From Rhodanobacteraceae bacterium (lineage in GTDB: Bacteria > Pseudomonadota > Gammaproteobacteria > Xanthomonadales > SZUA-5), in assembly GCA_031410115.1 (NCBI GenBank), contig JANNYO010000605.1, positions 1 through 34,790 on the forward strand: a DNA stretch of 34,790 nt, given 5' to 3'. Below, piece after piece: positions 15,706-24,807 of the stretch (within the stretch, counting starts at the first letter, position 1; every line of letters starts with the position of its first letter). A model generated the notes under the pieces. The model did no database searches and had not been told where the DNA came from. It saw only the letters and a program-made list of their open reading frames with translations. Both the position numbers and the translations under genes were made by a program.

Positions 15706-18369
15706 TTACGGCGATTGTGCAATATCCCGCGCCACCCTAAATCCGACGGTGTTGTTGCGTGCGTCGCTGGCAAATGCAGTTCGGGCCACGACACTGATTT
15801 CCAACGGCCCGCTGACCCACGCTGTGCCCATCGCAATGCGCGAGCTGCAGCGTCCAGCTTGCCAAGCGCCGCCGCCCTTTGGATGGCCGACAATACTGGC
15901 GTTCCAGCAGTCTGCCACCCATTCGCGTGCGTTTCCGGTCAAATCCATCAGGCCATTTCGATCAACGCCAAAACTGCCAGCGGCGGCAGTGGCGGCAAAT
16001 TTGTCGCTACAGCTATAAATTTTGCGCGCGTCAAACTGTTTGCCAAAATCTGCATCGCCGATGTTTCCCGCGCTACAGCTGGGTGCGGGCGCTGCTTTCG
16101 CCAGCAACTGCCATTCGGCCTCACTCAATAAACGATAGCTTTCGCCAGTCTCCTGGCTCAGCCAGCGGGTGTAGGCGGTGGCATCACTGTAGTCCACACA
16201 CACCACCGGTGCGCGCTCGGATTGATCAAACCCGGGTTTTTGCCAGGTGCGATCTTTCGCGACAAACATGGCAAAGCCTTCAATGTTGTTGCAGCCCTGT
16301 ACGCCGCCGCGATAGCCGCTGGCGGCGACAAAACGGCGATAGTCAGCCAGCGTCACTTCGGTGCGCGCAACGGCGAAATTATGAGCGATCGTGGCGCGCG
16401 CAGAGGCACCTTTGGCATCGCGCAAGTTCACCTCGCTGGCCGCAATAATAGTCATTGACGCGGCTTTGCCGCCCGATTTCAGCGCGTCTGCAAAGCTAAA
16501 TCCGGGCTTGCCGATGCCCGGCGCGCGTTTCACGCCGGAAAGTGCGGCGGCATTTGCTGGCTCAATCAATAGCACCGACTGATACAGTGCCGCAGCCTGA
16601 TCACCCTGCCATTTCACTTCGAGCGGCTGCGCTTTTTCCAACAAAGCCGCAACAATGCGGGCGCGTTCGCTTTGCAGCAGCAGGGCTTCTTTGGATTTGG
16701 CACCGCTTAGAAGCGCAGATTTTTGTGCGGGCGCTAATTCCAACAAAAACGCCGCAACGTCAGGCGCGGTGGTGGCGATCAGGGCATCGACTTTGGGCGC
16801 AATGGTGGCAAAACAATCGTTGATACCTTTTTGCGCAATCGTAGAGCTCAAATCAACCACCAACGCAAGGCGGTATAAATCAATTGCGCCGCTGCGGGGC
16901 AAGAAGCACTGGCTTTTTTGCGCTGCCACGCCGGCAGAGGCCAGCCATGGTTTGACGAAATTGGCGCGCGTCGGCGGGCCAAACTTGGATGCCAATGGTA
17001 TCGCCGGCGTTAATGGATCAACAGCCAATGGATCAACAAGCGCCGGATCAGTAAGCGCCGGATCAATCGGCAGCGCCGGATACGCACTGATATCTGGCAT
17101 AGACGAGGTAACGACGACCCCTTTTTCCGGCGGCGCTTGCGCATCGGTCGGCGCTGTTCTGTCGGCAGTGCCGGGAACGCTGTTCACTCCAGGAACGTCA
17201 TTAATTACCGGGTCAAAGCGTTTTTTGGGCGGTTGATTAAGCAGCCACCAGCCGCCGGCACCAAGCCCTAAAGCCAGCAGGCCGGCGGCCGCAAATGGCC
17301 ACACGCTGCGTTTTGCCGGCCGTTGTGTTGCGGCTGTGGCAGCGCCATAAAGTTTGTTCGTGTCTATCGCTGCCGTCGCTTTTGGCACGATTGCAGGCAA
17401 GGTCGGGCGATCTGCGGGTGCGATTGCTTGTTTGATCGGCGCCAACGCGCGCTCGTCAACATTAAGCGTCGGCCGCGCTGGTGGCGCGGACTGCACGGCA
17501 TAAGCTGAGGTGATTGGCATTGCCGGGGAGGCTTTCAGCAGCACCCGCTGCGGCACGATGCGCTGCGCGCTGGTCGGCACATCACCCATCGCAAAAGCAA
17601 ATTGCTCGGCGTTGTCGAAACGCTCGTTCGGGTCTTTCGCCAGCACCTTGTCGATAAATGATTGCCAATGTGAAACATACGCAGGCAAGCGCGGAATTGG
17701 CTCAAAAACATGCGCGTAGGCCACCGCAAAACCATCCGCACCGCGATATGGCGGGTGCCCGGTTAGGGCTTCAAACGTCAGCGCGCCTAAGCTGTATAAA
17801 TCGCTGCGCTGATCTATTTCACCGCCGCGCGCTTGCTCTGGGCTCATATAGCTTGAGGTGCCGATGCTGACGCCGGTTTGGGTGATCCGCGTCGAGCCGT
17901 GTTCGCTGCGCGCGATGCCAAAATCGGTCAGCACCGGATTATTCGCGCCATCAAACATGATGTTGCCGGGGGTCACGTCGCGGTGAATGACGCTGCGCTG
18001 ATGCGCAAAGCCCAGCGCTTTGGCGATCACGGATATGATCCTGACCACTTCGGTTTCCGGTATGCCACGCTCAATGCGCGCGGACATATCGCCGTTTTCA
18101 AGATGCTGCATGGCAAAGTAGTGCAGCAGCGTATCGGTTGCGCCGACGTCGTAAACCGCAACAATATTCGGGTGCGTCAAGCCTGCGAGCGTGCGCGCTT
18201 CCCGCAGAAAACGCTTGGAAAACGCCGGGTCTGCAACTAACGCCGGTGCCATGACCTTCATCGCGACGCGTCGATCTAGTGCGGTATGGATCGCTAAATA
18301 CACCCGTGCCATGCCACCCACGCCGATCTCGCGCTCAATCTGGTAGCCGTTAATTTCAGGAAGTTGCAT
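15706..18369 (-). CDS. Ser/Thr protein kinase fused through a TM segment to a periplasmic FGE-sulfatase (SUMF1-like) domain
   Basis: Kinase motifs are GVGGMARVY, VAMK, HRDVTPGNIMF, DFG, SPE. TM segment WPFAAAGLLALGLGAGGWWLL. C-terminal FGE-like motifs are YRLLSEAEWQ, GNAREWVADCW and NTVGFRVARD. I favour ATG 18369 over TTG 18387. Confidence 0.88.
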   Translation of the reverse strand: MQLPEINGYQIEREIGVGGMARVYLAIHTALDRRVAMKVMAPALVADPAFSKRFLREARTLAGLTHPNIVAVYDVGATDTLLHYFAMQHLENGDMSARIERGIPETEVVRIISVIAKALGFAHQRSVIHRDVTPGNIMFDGANNPVLTDFGIARSEHGSTRITQTGVSIGTSSYMSPEQARGGEIDQRSDLYSLGALTFEALTGHPPYRGADGFAVAYAHVFEPIPRLPAYVSHWQSFIDKVLAKDPNERFDNAEQFAFAMGDVPTSAQRIVPQRVLLKASPAMPITSAYAVQSAPPARPTLNVDERALAPIKQAIAPADRPTLPAIVPKATAAIDTNKLYGAATAATQRPAKRSVWPFAAAGLLALGLGAGGWWLLNQPPKKRFDPVINDVPGVNSVPGTADRTAPTDAQAPPEKGVVVTSSMPDISAYPALPIDPALTDPALVDPLAVDPLTPAIPLASKFGPPTRANFVKPWLASAGVAAQKSQCFLPRSGAIDLYRLALVVDLSSTIAQKGINDCFATIAPKVDALIATTAPDVAAFLLELAPAQKSALLSGAKSKEALLLQSERARIVAALLEKAQPLEVKWQGDQAAALYQSVLLIEPANAAALSGVKRAPGIGKPGFSFADALKSGGKAASMTIIAASEVNLRDAKGASARATIAHNFAVARTEVTLADYRRFVAASGYRGGVQGCNNIEGFAMFVAKDRTWQKPGFDQSERAPVVCVDYSDATAYTRWLSQETGESYRLLSEAEWQLLAKAAPAPSCSAGNIGDADFGKQFDARKIYSCSDKFAATAAAGSFGVDRNGLMDLTGNAREWVADCWNASIVGHPKGGGAWQAGRCSSRIAMGTAWVSGPLEISVVARTAFASDARNNTVGFRVARDIAQSP

Positions 18370-18466
18370 GGATGCGCGCGGTATCAATGGGGCAAGTCAT
18401 GGGACGTCGGAGGCTTGATGGCAATGAAGGCCCCAAGTGTAGCAGGGCAGGTGCGGGCTCGGCTTT

Positions 18467-18480
18467 GCGCGCATGCGCGC
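18467..18480. promoter_or_regulatory. Perfect 14-bp GC-rich palindrome GCGCGCATGCGCGC upstream of the kinase operon
   Basis: Read directly from the sequence. It lies about 100 nt upstream of the kinase start and abuts the tandem terminator repeats. Function unknown. Confidence 0.3.
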
Positions 18481-18485
18481 CATGC

Positions 18486-18557
18486 AAATAAGTCTCGCCA
18501 GGAGGCGAAACGGAAAAATAAGTCTCGCCAGGAGGCGAAACGGAAAAACAAGTCGCC
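18486..18557 (-). terminator. Tandemly duplicated (30-bp unit, about 2.4 copies) rho-independent terminator after cysK
   Basis: On the minus strand each unit reads GTTTCGCC-TCCT-GGCGAGAC-TTATTTTT (8-bp stem including one G-U pair, 4-nt loop, T-rich tail). Copies are at 18486-18515 and 18516-18545, with a degenerate partial third copy reaching about 18557. Confidence 0.7.
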
Positions 18558-18583
18558 AACCAACTAGACAACTCAGTCAACGA

Positions 18584-19543
18584 TCAATTTGCTAAGCCCT
18601 GAAACCAGGCTTCATCGCTGCCTTCGTTAACACCTTCAAACAAAAACGTGCTCAAGTATCGTTCACCCGTGTCGGCCAAGGTCGTCAAAATCACGCTGCC
18701 TTCGGGGGCTGCTTTTGCCACTTCACAGGCGGCGACAAAATTTGCCCCCGAAGAAAGCCCGGCAAAAATGCCTTCCTGGGTCGCCAGTGCGCGTGCGCCG
18801 TCGCGTGCTTGTTCGTCGGTGATGGGAATAATGTCTTGATAGATCGTGCGATCCAAAATTGGCGGGATGAAATCCGGCGTCCAGCCCTGAATTTTGTGCG
18901 GTGCCCAGGCTTTACCTGCCAAAAGCGAGGCGCCCGACGGTTCGGTCGTGATGATTTTGACCTCTGGGCGCGCCAAACGCAGCATTTGCCCGACACCTGT
19001 CAACGTGCCGCCGGTGCCCCAGCCAGTGACAAAATAGTCCAGCCGCTTACCGGCAAAGTCGAGCAATATTTCCGCGCCCGTGGTGTTGCGGTGATAGCTT
19101 GGGTTTGATTCATTTTCAAACTGGCGCGCCAAATACCAGCCGTGCTTGAGCGCTGCGTCACTGGCCCGTTTGACCATGCCCGAGCCGCGTTCGGCGGCTG
19201 GTGTCAAAATGACTTTAGCGCCCAATGCGCGCATTAATTTGCGCCGCTCAATTGAGAAGGTTTCCACCATAAACGACACAAATGGGTGGCCGAGCGCGGC
19301 GCACACCATCGCCAGCGCGATGCCGGTGTTTCCCGACGTGGCTTCCACCACAGTTTGCCCGTCTTTCAGTTCGCCGCGCTGCTTGGCATCGTTAATAATG
19401 GCAAATGCCAAGCGATCTTTCACCGAGTGCATCGGATTGAATGCCTCAACTTTGGCGTAAATCGTGCGCCCCGCCACGCCCGCGTGGTTGATGCGCACCA
19501 CCGGAGTGTTGCCGATGGTTTCCAAAATACTGTTATAAATCAT
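18584..19543 (-). CDS. cysK: Cysteine synthase (O-acetylserine sulfhydrylase, PLP-dependent)
   Basis: IGNTPVVRI, PLP-lysine motif SVKDR, TSGNTGIALA, GTGGTL, HKIQG and GERYLST, collinear with my recollection of E. coli CysK. CysK versus CysM is not resolved with certainty. Confidence 0.88.
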   Translation of the reverse strand: MIYNSILETIGNTPVVRINHAGVAGRTIYAKVEAFNPMHSVKDRLAFAIINDAKQRGELKDGQTVVEATSGNTGIALAMVCAALGHPFVSFMVETFSIERRKLMRALGAKVILTPAAERGSGMVKRASDAALKHGWYLARQFENESNPSYHRNTTGAEILLDFAGKRLDYFVTGWGTGGTLTGVGQMLRLARPEVKIITTEPSGASLLAGKAWAPHKIQGWTPDFIPPILDRTIYQDIIPITDEQARDGARALATQEGIFAGLSSGANFVAACEVAKAAPEGSVILTTLADTGERYLSTFLFEGVNEGSDEAWFQGLAN

Positions 19544-19822
19544 GCACGTAGCCTTGGCTGTTGAGTGGTGCTGGGAACTTTGCCGGGTTGGCAGGTGAAA
19601 GCTGGGGCTGCTTTAGGTGAATTCAAGCATAGCTTGCGGTGCTTTTCTTGCGGTTTGGCATCGCAAGAACAGCCCAAGCGCGATGAAAAATTTAACGTGT
19701 AACCTAAATGTTTTTTGCCCCCCAAGCTCTTGAAATCCAGCAGATCAGAAGCATTTGCTTGAGTCTTAACTTTTGAGATTGCTGCACGGTGCTGGCAACG
19801 TTTGCTAACCGGGCTAAATACG

Positions 19823-19858
19823 CCCCAGTGTTTGCCCAAGCCCCAGTGTTTGCCCAAA
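19823..19858. repeat. Tandem 18-bp direct repeat (CCCCAGTGTTTGCCCAAG x2, last base differs) in the cysK-clpS divergent intergenic region
   Basis: Read directly from the sequence. It ends 50 nt upstream of the clpS ATG. Confidence 0.8.
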
Positions 19859-19907
19859 TCGCAAATCCTTGCACGTTGCAAAAACGTCCGCCCGATATAC
19901 TACGAGC

Positions 19908-20285
19908 ATGAATATTATTTTTAGCACTGAAAAATTAACCGCGCCGGTTTATTCCGGCACTGACCCGCAGCGCGATGCGGACGTCGAGTTTGATCGTGGT
20001 TTAGCGGTCGAGGAAGAACGCCCCGAGCTTAAACCGCCGCCGATGTACAAGGTTTTTCTGGTGAACGACGACTACACCCCGATGGGGTTTGTCGAATACG
20101 TGTTACAAAAATTTTTCGCAATGTCTGACGAGACTGCAACCCGGGTGATGCTGAGCGTGCACACTCAAGGGCGTGGCGTTTGCGGCATTTTTACCAAAGA
20201 CATTGCCGACACCAAGACTGTGCAAGTGAATGATTTTTCAAGGCATCACCAGCACCCGCTGATGTGCACGATGGAGGAAGCGTAA
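19908..20285 (+). CDS. clpS: ATP-dependent Clp protease adaptor ClpS
   Basis: [27 protein letters not shown]...[17 protein letters not shown] is the ClpS core. ATG 19908 is preferred over the upstream TTG. It is followed 4 nt later by clpA. Confidence 0.9.
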   Translation: MNIIFSTEKLTAPVYSGTDPQRDADVEFDRGLAVEEERPELKPPPMYKVFLVNDDYTPMGFVEYVLQKFFAMSDETATRVMLSVHTQGRGVCGIFTKDIADTKTVQVNDFSRHHQHPLMCTMEEA

Positions 20286-20288
20286 GCC

Positions 20289-22580
20289 ATGTTTAGCAAA
20301 GATTTAGAACAAACGATTTCCGGCAGCTACAAGCAAGCGCGTGAGCGCCGACACGAATTTATGACCGTCGAACACCTGCTGCTGGCATTGACGAAAAACG
20401 ATTCTGCGCTGCAGGTGCTGCGCAATTGCGGCGTCGACCTAGAGCGCTTGGACGAGGATTTGAAACGTCAAATTCACGAGTCCGTGCCGATTTTGGCACC
20501 TGATGACGAGCGCGACACCCAGCCGACGTTGGGATTCCAGCGCGTGCTGCAGCGTGCGGTGCTTTCGGTGCAATCCTCTGGGCGCAAAGAAGTGATGGGC
20601 GCTAACGTGCTGGTGGCAATTTTTGCCGAGAAAGAATCGCACGCGGTGTATTTGCTTGCGCAGCAAGACATTACCCGACTGGATGTGATTAATTTCATTA
20701 GCCACGGCATTTCAAAATTAGCCACTGAAGCTAAGCCCGCCGATAAAGAACGCGAGTCTGGCGAGGCGAACGAGAAGCAGTCGGCGCTTGAACAGTATGC
20801 GATGAATCTAAACGAGCGCGCGCGCATCGGCAAAATCGATCCGCTGATCGGGCGCGCCGATGAAGTCGAGCGCACCATTCAAATTTTATGCCGTCGCCGG
20901 AAAAATAACCCGCTTTTTGTCGGTGAAGCGGGCGTTGGCAAAACCGCGCTAGCAGAAGGTTTAGCCAAGCGCATCGTCGAAAAAGACGTGCCGGAGATTT
21001 TGAATGACGCGGTCATTTACTCGCTCGATTTGGGCGCCTTAGTCGCTGGCACAAAATATCGCGGGGATTTCGAAAAACGCCTGAAAAATTTGCTGGCTGA
21101 GCTGAAATTACTGCCGAAAGCAATTTTATTTATTGATGAAATTCACACCATCATTGGCGCAGGTTCGGCCTCCGGTGGCACCATGGACGCATCAAACCTC
21201 ATCAAGCCACTGTTGGCATCGGGCGAACTGCGCGTGATGGGTTCCACCACCTTCCAAGAGTTCCGCAGTGTGTTCGATAAAGACCGCGCACTGACGCGAC
21301 GTTTTCAAAAAATTGATGTCGTCGAACCCACGGTCGCGGAAACCATTGAGATTCTGCGCGGCCTGAAAACTAACTTTGAGGCGTTTCACGAAGTCGAATA
21401 TGCCTTCGATGCCATTCGCGCTGCCGTGGAATTATCCGTCAAGCACATTCACGACCGCTTCTTGCCCGACAAAGCGATTGATGTCATCGATGAAGCCGGC
21501 GCGCGTCAACGTTTGCTGCCGCTGGAGTTACGCAAGAAAATAATCGACACCGCTGAGATGGAATACATCGTTGCGAAAATGGCGCGAATTCCAGCAAAAC
21601 ACGTATCCGTTTCGGATAAAAATGTGCTGCGCAATTTAGATCGCGATTTGAAAATGACAGTGTTTGGGCAAGATGATGCGATTGACGCGCTTGCAAGCGC
21701 GATCAAAATGTCGCGCTCGGGCTTAGGCGAGCCAAATAAACCGATTGGCAGTTTCTTGCTTGCAGGCCCAACCGGCGTGGGTAAAACCGAAGTCACCCGG
21801 CAACTATCGATGGTGCTGGGCATTGAGCTTTTACGTTTTGATATGAGCGAATACATGGAAGCGCATTCGGTATCGCGCCTGCTGGGTGCGCCGCCGGGTT
21901 ATGTCGGCTTTGATTCCGGCGGTCAGCTAACGGATGCTGTGACCAAGCACCCGCATGCAGTTTTGCTGTTGGATGAAATCGAGAAAGCGCATCCGGAAAT
22001 TTTCAATCTGTTGCTACAAGTCATGGATCGCGGCGTGCTGACCGACGCGAACGGGCGTGAGTGTAATTTCCGTAATATCGTGCTGGTGATGACGACCAAC
22101 GCCGGTGCGCAGGCGGCCTCGAAACGCACAATGGGTTTTCTCAAACAAGACCGCAGCTCAGATGCGATGGAAGCGATTCGCAAACATTTCAGCCCAGAAT
22201 TTAGGAATCGACTGGACGCGATTGTGCAGTTCAAAGGTTTGGATGAAGCAGCGATTGGGCGCGTGGTTGAGAAATTCCTGATGCAGCTTGAGCAGCAACT
22301 TGCCGATAAGCACGTCACGATCACGGTTACCGATGCCGCCAAACTATTGCTCGCAGAACGTGGTTTTGATCCGCTGATGGGTGCACGCCCAATGGCGCGG
22401 GTGATTCAAGATCAAATCAAGCGCAAGCTGGCGGACGAATTGCTATTTGGAAAATTAGTTACCGGCGGTATGGTGTTCGTTGATGTCGACAGCGTGAAAG
22501 ATGTGAAAGATGTGAAAGAACTGAGCATTCGCTGCGAAGCGCCAGAGGTTGAGCTGGAGGCCGAGGTCGAGGCGGTTTAG
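20289..22580 (+). CDS. clpA: ATP-dependent Clp protease ATP-binding subunit ClpA
   Basis: Clp N-domain, two AAA+ modules (GEAGVGKTA and GPTGVGKTE Walker A motifs) and the [10 protein letters not shown] sensor motif. 763 aa. Confidence 0.95.
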   Translation: MFSKDLEQTISGSYKQARERRHEFMTVEHLLLALTKNDSALQVLRNCGVDLERLDEDLKRQIHESVPILAPDDERDTQPTLGFQRVLQRAVLSVQSSGRKEVMGANVLVAIFAEKESHAVYLLAQQDITRLDVINFISHGISKLATEAKPADKERESGEANEKQSALEQYAMNLNERARIGKIDPLIGRADEVERTIQILCRRRKNNPLFVGEAGVGKTALAEGLAKRIVEKDVPEILNDAVIYSLDLGALVAGTKYRGDFEKRLKNLLAELKLLPKAILFIDEIHTIIGAGSASGGTMDASNLIKPLLASGELRVMGSTTFQEFRSVFDKDRALTRRFQKIDVVEPTVAETIEILRGLKTNFEAFHEVEYAFDAIRAAVELSVKHIHDRFLPDKAIDVIDEAGARQRLLPLELRKKIIDTAEMEYIVAKMARIPAKHVSVSDKNVLRNLDRDLKMTVFGQDDAIDALASAIKMSRSGLGEPNKPIGSFLLAGPTGVGKTEVTRQLSMVLGIELLRFDMSEYMEAHSVSRLLGAPPGYVGFDSGGQLTDAVTKHPHAVLLLDEIEKAHPEIFNLLLQVMDRGVLTDANGRECNFRNIVLVMTTNAGAQAASKRTMGFLKQDRSSDAMEAIRKHFSPEFRNRLDAIVQFKGLDEAAIGRVVEKFLMQLEQQLADKHVTITVTDAAKLLLAERGFDPLMGARPMARVIQDQIKRKLADELLFGKLVTGGMVFVDVDSVKDVKDVKELSIRCEAPEVELEAEVEAV

Positions 22581-22600
22581 CTGTTGAAATTTGCCCCATG

Positions 22601-22635
22601 AAAGCGGGACTAGACAAAGCCCGCTTTTTGTTTGT
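22601..22635 (+). terminator. Rho-independent terminator after clpA
   Basis: Stem AAAGCGGG/CCCGCTTT with an 11-nt loop, followed by TTTTTGTTTGT. Confidence 0.75.
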
Positions 22636-22698
22636 CACATCGCCATTAAAGATCATCGTGGGCAACTTCCGAAGCTCAAAACGACCAAAAGGAACCCT

Positions 22699-23400
22699 AT
22701 GCCAACTGATCTACCCAAGCTTATTATTGGCACCAAAGCCCTGTCGTCTTGGTCATTGCGGCCTTGGCTGCTGTTGGCGCATTTTAAAGTGCAGTTTGAT
22801 GAGGTGTTGTTGCAGTTTGACGATGCCTATGTTTTGCCACCCGCTGCCAGTTCAAGTGCGCAAACGAATCAACCACAAACGCCTAAACAGACTTTCAAGT
22901 CGCAGATTGCCACGCTTTCACCCACTGGCAAGGTGCCCGCGTTGCACGATGAAGGGCAAATCATTTGGGACAGTTTGGCAATTTGCGAATACGTAAACGA
23001 GCGCTATTTGGATGGGCGTGGTTGGCCTAGTGATCTTGCTACACGGGCTTTGGCGCGCGCGGTTGTCGCAGAAATGCACGCTGGCTTTGCCAATTTGCGG
23101 CAATCCATGCCGATGGACGTGCTGCGCGAGCCGCAGGCTCTGGCTGAAGTGAATAGCGCAACTCAGGCCGACATTCACCGCGTTTGCGCGCTCTGGCGTG
23201 AGCTGTTAGGGCGTTTTGGCGGGCCGTTTTTGTTCGGCGAATTTTCTATCGCCGACTGTTTTTATGCGCCGGTAGCAACGCGATTGCAGCACTACGCCGT
23301 CGCTGTTGGGCCACTTGAGCGGGGCTATATCCAGACGATCTATCAGCTGGCGGAAATGCAGGAATGGATCCAGCAGGCGCGAGGAGATCTCGCCGAATAG
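22699..23400 (+). CDS. Glutathione S-transferase family protein
   Basis: SSWSLRPWLLL N-terminal motif, GKVPALHDEG..IWDSLAICEYV, and a C-terminal helical GST domain. ATG 22699 follows AAGGAA. The longer ORF-track start would run through the clpA terminator. Confidence 0.8.
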   Translation: MPTDLPKLIIGTKALSSWSLRPWLLLAHFKVQFDEVLLQFDDAYVLPPAASSSAQTNQPQTPKQTFKSQIATLSPTGKVPALHDEGQIIWDSLAICEYVNERYLDGRGWPSDLATRALARAVVAEMHAGFANLRQSMPMDVLREPQALAEVNSATQADIHRVCALWRELLGRFGGPFLFGEFSIADCFYAPVATRLQHYAVAVGPLERGYIQTIYQLAEMQEWIQQARGDLAE

Positions 23401-23605
23401 GCAACACGGCAGAACCGCCATTCGCGCCAGCCATTTTTTAAGGCATCTACAAAAGCGATAAAACGTAACTGGATTTGCCTGTTGTGGCTTGATTGCCGTC
23501 GTTTTTCCGAAAATTCTGCGTAACTAACGTGATAAATTGTTAACTGAGCGTTATTTCGCCATAAATTCTCGTTATCCTGCGGGCTTTAACCCAGCAGGAA
23601 TTTAA

Positions 23606-24781
23606 ATGAAATTAGTGCAAAAACCCATCGCGTTTGCCCTAGCGGCATTGATCGCACCAGCTCTGCTTTTTGCGAAAAGCCCGCACGCTTTTAAGGGCGA
23701 GGTCGAAACTCAGGCGCGCTCAAATTCCAACATCTCGCTGGCGCCATCATCAAACAGCGGCTTTGACTTCGCATCTTTAAAGGACTTTGATCAAGATGAC
23801 GAGGGCGTCGATGCCGACGATTCTGATGATGAAGACGAAGACGAAGAATTCGGCGATATCGCCGACATTGATGGCTCGGACTATGACGAGTTGGAGTTAG
23901 CCGAATCAGACAACCCAGACGAAGATGGCGATGGCGTTGATGATTTGATTGATGATGATCAGGACACCGGCGATGGCGACGACGACAGCGACGACGGCGA
24001 TGATGGCGATGGCGGCAGCGCTGGCGCAAAAGCAGCAGGGCGTCGCAGTAGCTCGGTGGAGCGCTATACCGGCAAAGTTGGTTTTGCCCACAAGTATCAA
24101 ATCAGCAAAACCGCGAACTATGCGTCGAGCGTGAAACTCAGCTTGGACAAACAGCCCGACCGTAGCGATCTAGGTAAGCTGAACTTCGCCTTTTCGACTG
24201 GCCCTGAATTCAAACTAAGCGATGTCGTGAAGCTTAAGACCGCAGTCAACTATGTGCGCTTACAGCAAAATAGCGAGAATTTTCTGAGCACTTGGGTCGG
24301 CTCGGTCGGCCTCGACTGGGATGTAAATAAGCAGTTTGGGCTCGGTTTTAATTACAACTATCAAAACAAAGACGTCACCGATCCAGAGTCGCCTGACGCC
24401 ATTATCAACACCTTGACGTTCAATCTAGATTGGGCACTCAGCAAGAACGATATTTTGAAATTCAAATATTCACCCACAGTCGAAGATTCCTCGATTACCA
24501 CGCGCAACAAAGACAACAGTGGCTTTGAAGTTGCCTACTCGCGCAAGCTGCCCTGGAACACGGTTTTGGGCATCGGTTATAAGCGGGATAACGTCGACTA
24601 TAAAAAGCTCGCACGCCCGCGCAGTGATCAAATTAACGGCTTTGCCCTGCAGTTAGAAACAGAATTCACCGACAATTTCAGCGGCTCACTGGCATATGAA
24701 GAACGAAAATTGAATTCCAACATCAACAGCAAAGACGGCAAAAATCGCAGCGTCGTATTCGGTATCGGCTACAATTTTTAG
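23606..24781 (+). CDS. Outer-membrane beta-barrel protein with a roughly 100-aa poly-Asp/Glu segment
   Basis: Signal peptide. Alternating amphipathic strands in the C-terminal 250 aa or so, ending in ...VFGIGYNF with a terminal aromatic residue. The region from about residue 60 to 140 is almost entirely D/E/G and includes DEDGDGVDDLIDDD. AGGAA lies before the ATG. Confidence 0.75.
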   Translation: MKLVQKPIAFALAALIAPALLFAKSPHAFKGEVETQARSNSNISLAPSSNSGFDFASLKDFDQDDEGVDADDSDDEDEDEEFGDIADIDGSDYDELELAESDNPDEDGDGVDDLIDDDQDTGDGDDDSDDGDDGDGGSAGAKAAGRRSSSVERYTGKVGFAHKYQISKTANYASSVKLSLDKQPDRSDLGKLNFAFSTGPEFKLSDVVKLKTAVNYVRLQQNSENFLSTWVGSVGLDWDVNKQFGLGFNYNYQNKDVTDPESPDAIINTLTFNLDWALSKNDILKFKYSPTVEDSSITTRNKDNSGFEVAYSRKLPWNTVLGIGYKRDNVDYKKLARPRSDQINGFALQLETEFTDNFSGSLAYEERKLNSNINSKDGKNRSVVFGIGYNF

Positions 24782-24807
24782 TTTTTTTTGATGGATAGGA
24801 TAAAAAT

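Noticed and set aside
18486-18557. Possible mini-CRISPR array (30-bp repeats)
   Set aside because: The units are directly adjacent with no spacers. There are only about 2.4 copies. Each is a hairpin followed by a T-rich tail right after a stop codon, and no cas genes are nearby. A duplicated terminator is the better explanation.
19540-19881. 113-aa minus-strand ORF filling the cysK-clpS intergenic region
   Set aside because: It overlaps the cysK start. Its N-terminal sequence ([11 protein letters not shown]) is just the translation of the 18-bp tandem repeat. It has no recognisable domain or RBS. It is more likely non-coding regulatory DNA.
22494-22520. 9-bp triplet repeat GTGAAAGAT x3 (VKDVKDVKE) in the ClpA C-terminal tail
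   Set aside because: It is real in the sequence but very short and lies in a poorly conserved tail. There is no evidence of functional significance beyond ordinary slippage.
22591-22698. Longer N-terminus for the GST gene (ORF-track start at 22591)
   Set aside because: The extension would be translated through the clpA terminator hairpin (22601-22635). The ATG at 22699 has a good AAGGAA RBS, and the GST fold begins there.
22780-22900. Low-complexity insertion (PPAASSSAQTNQPQTPKQ) in the GST N-terminal domain, considered as another in-frame element
   Set aside because: The nucleotide sequence is not palindromic and has no similarity to the hairpin family. Whether it is an insertion at all cannot be judged without an alignment.
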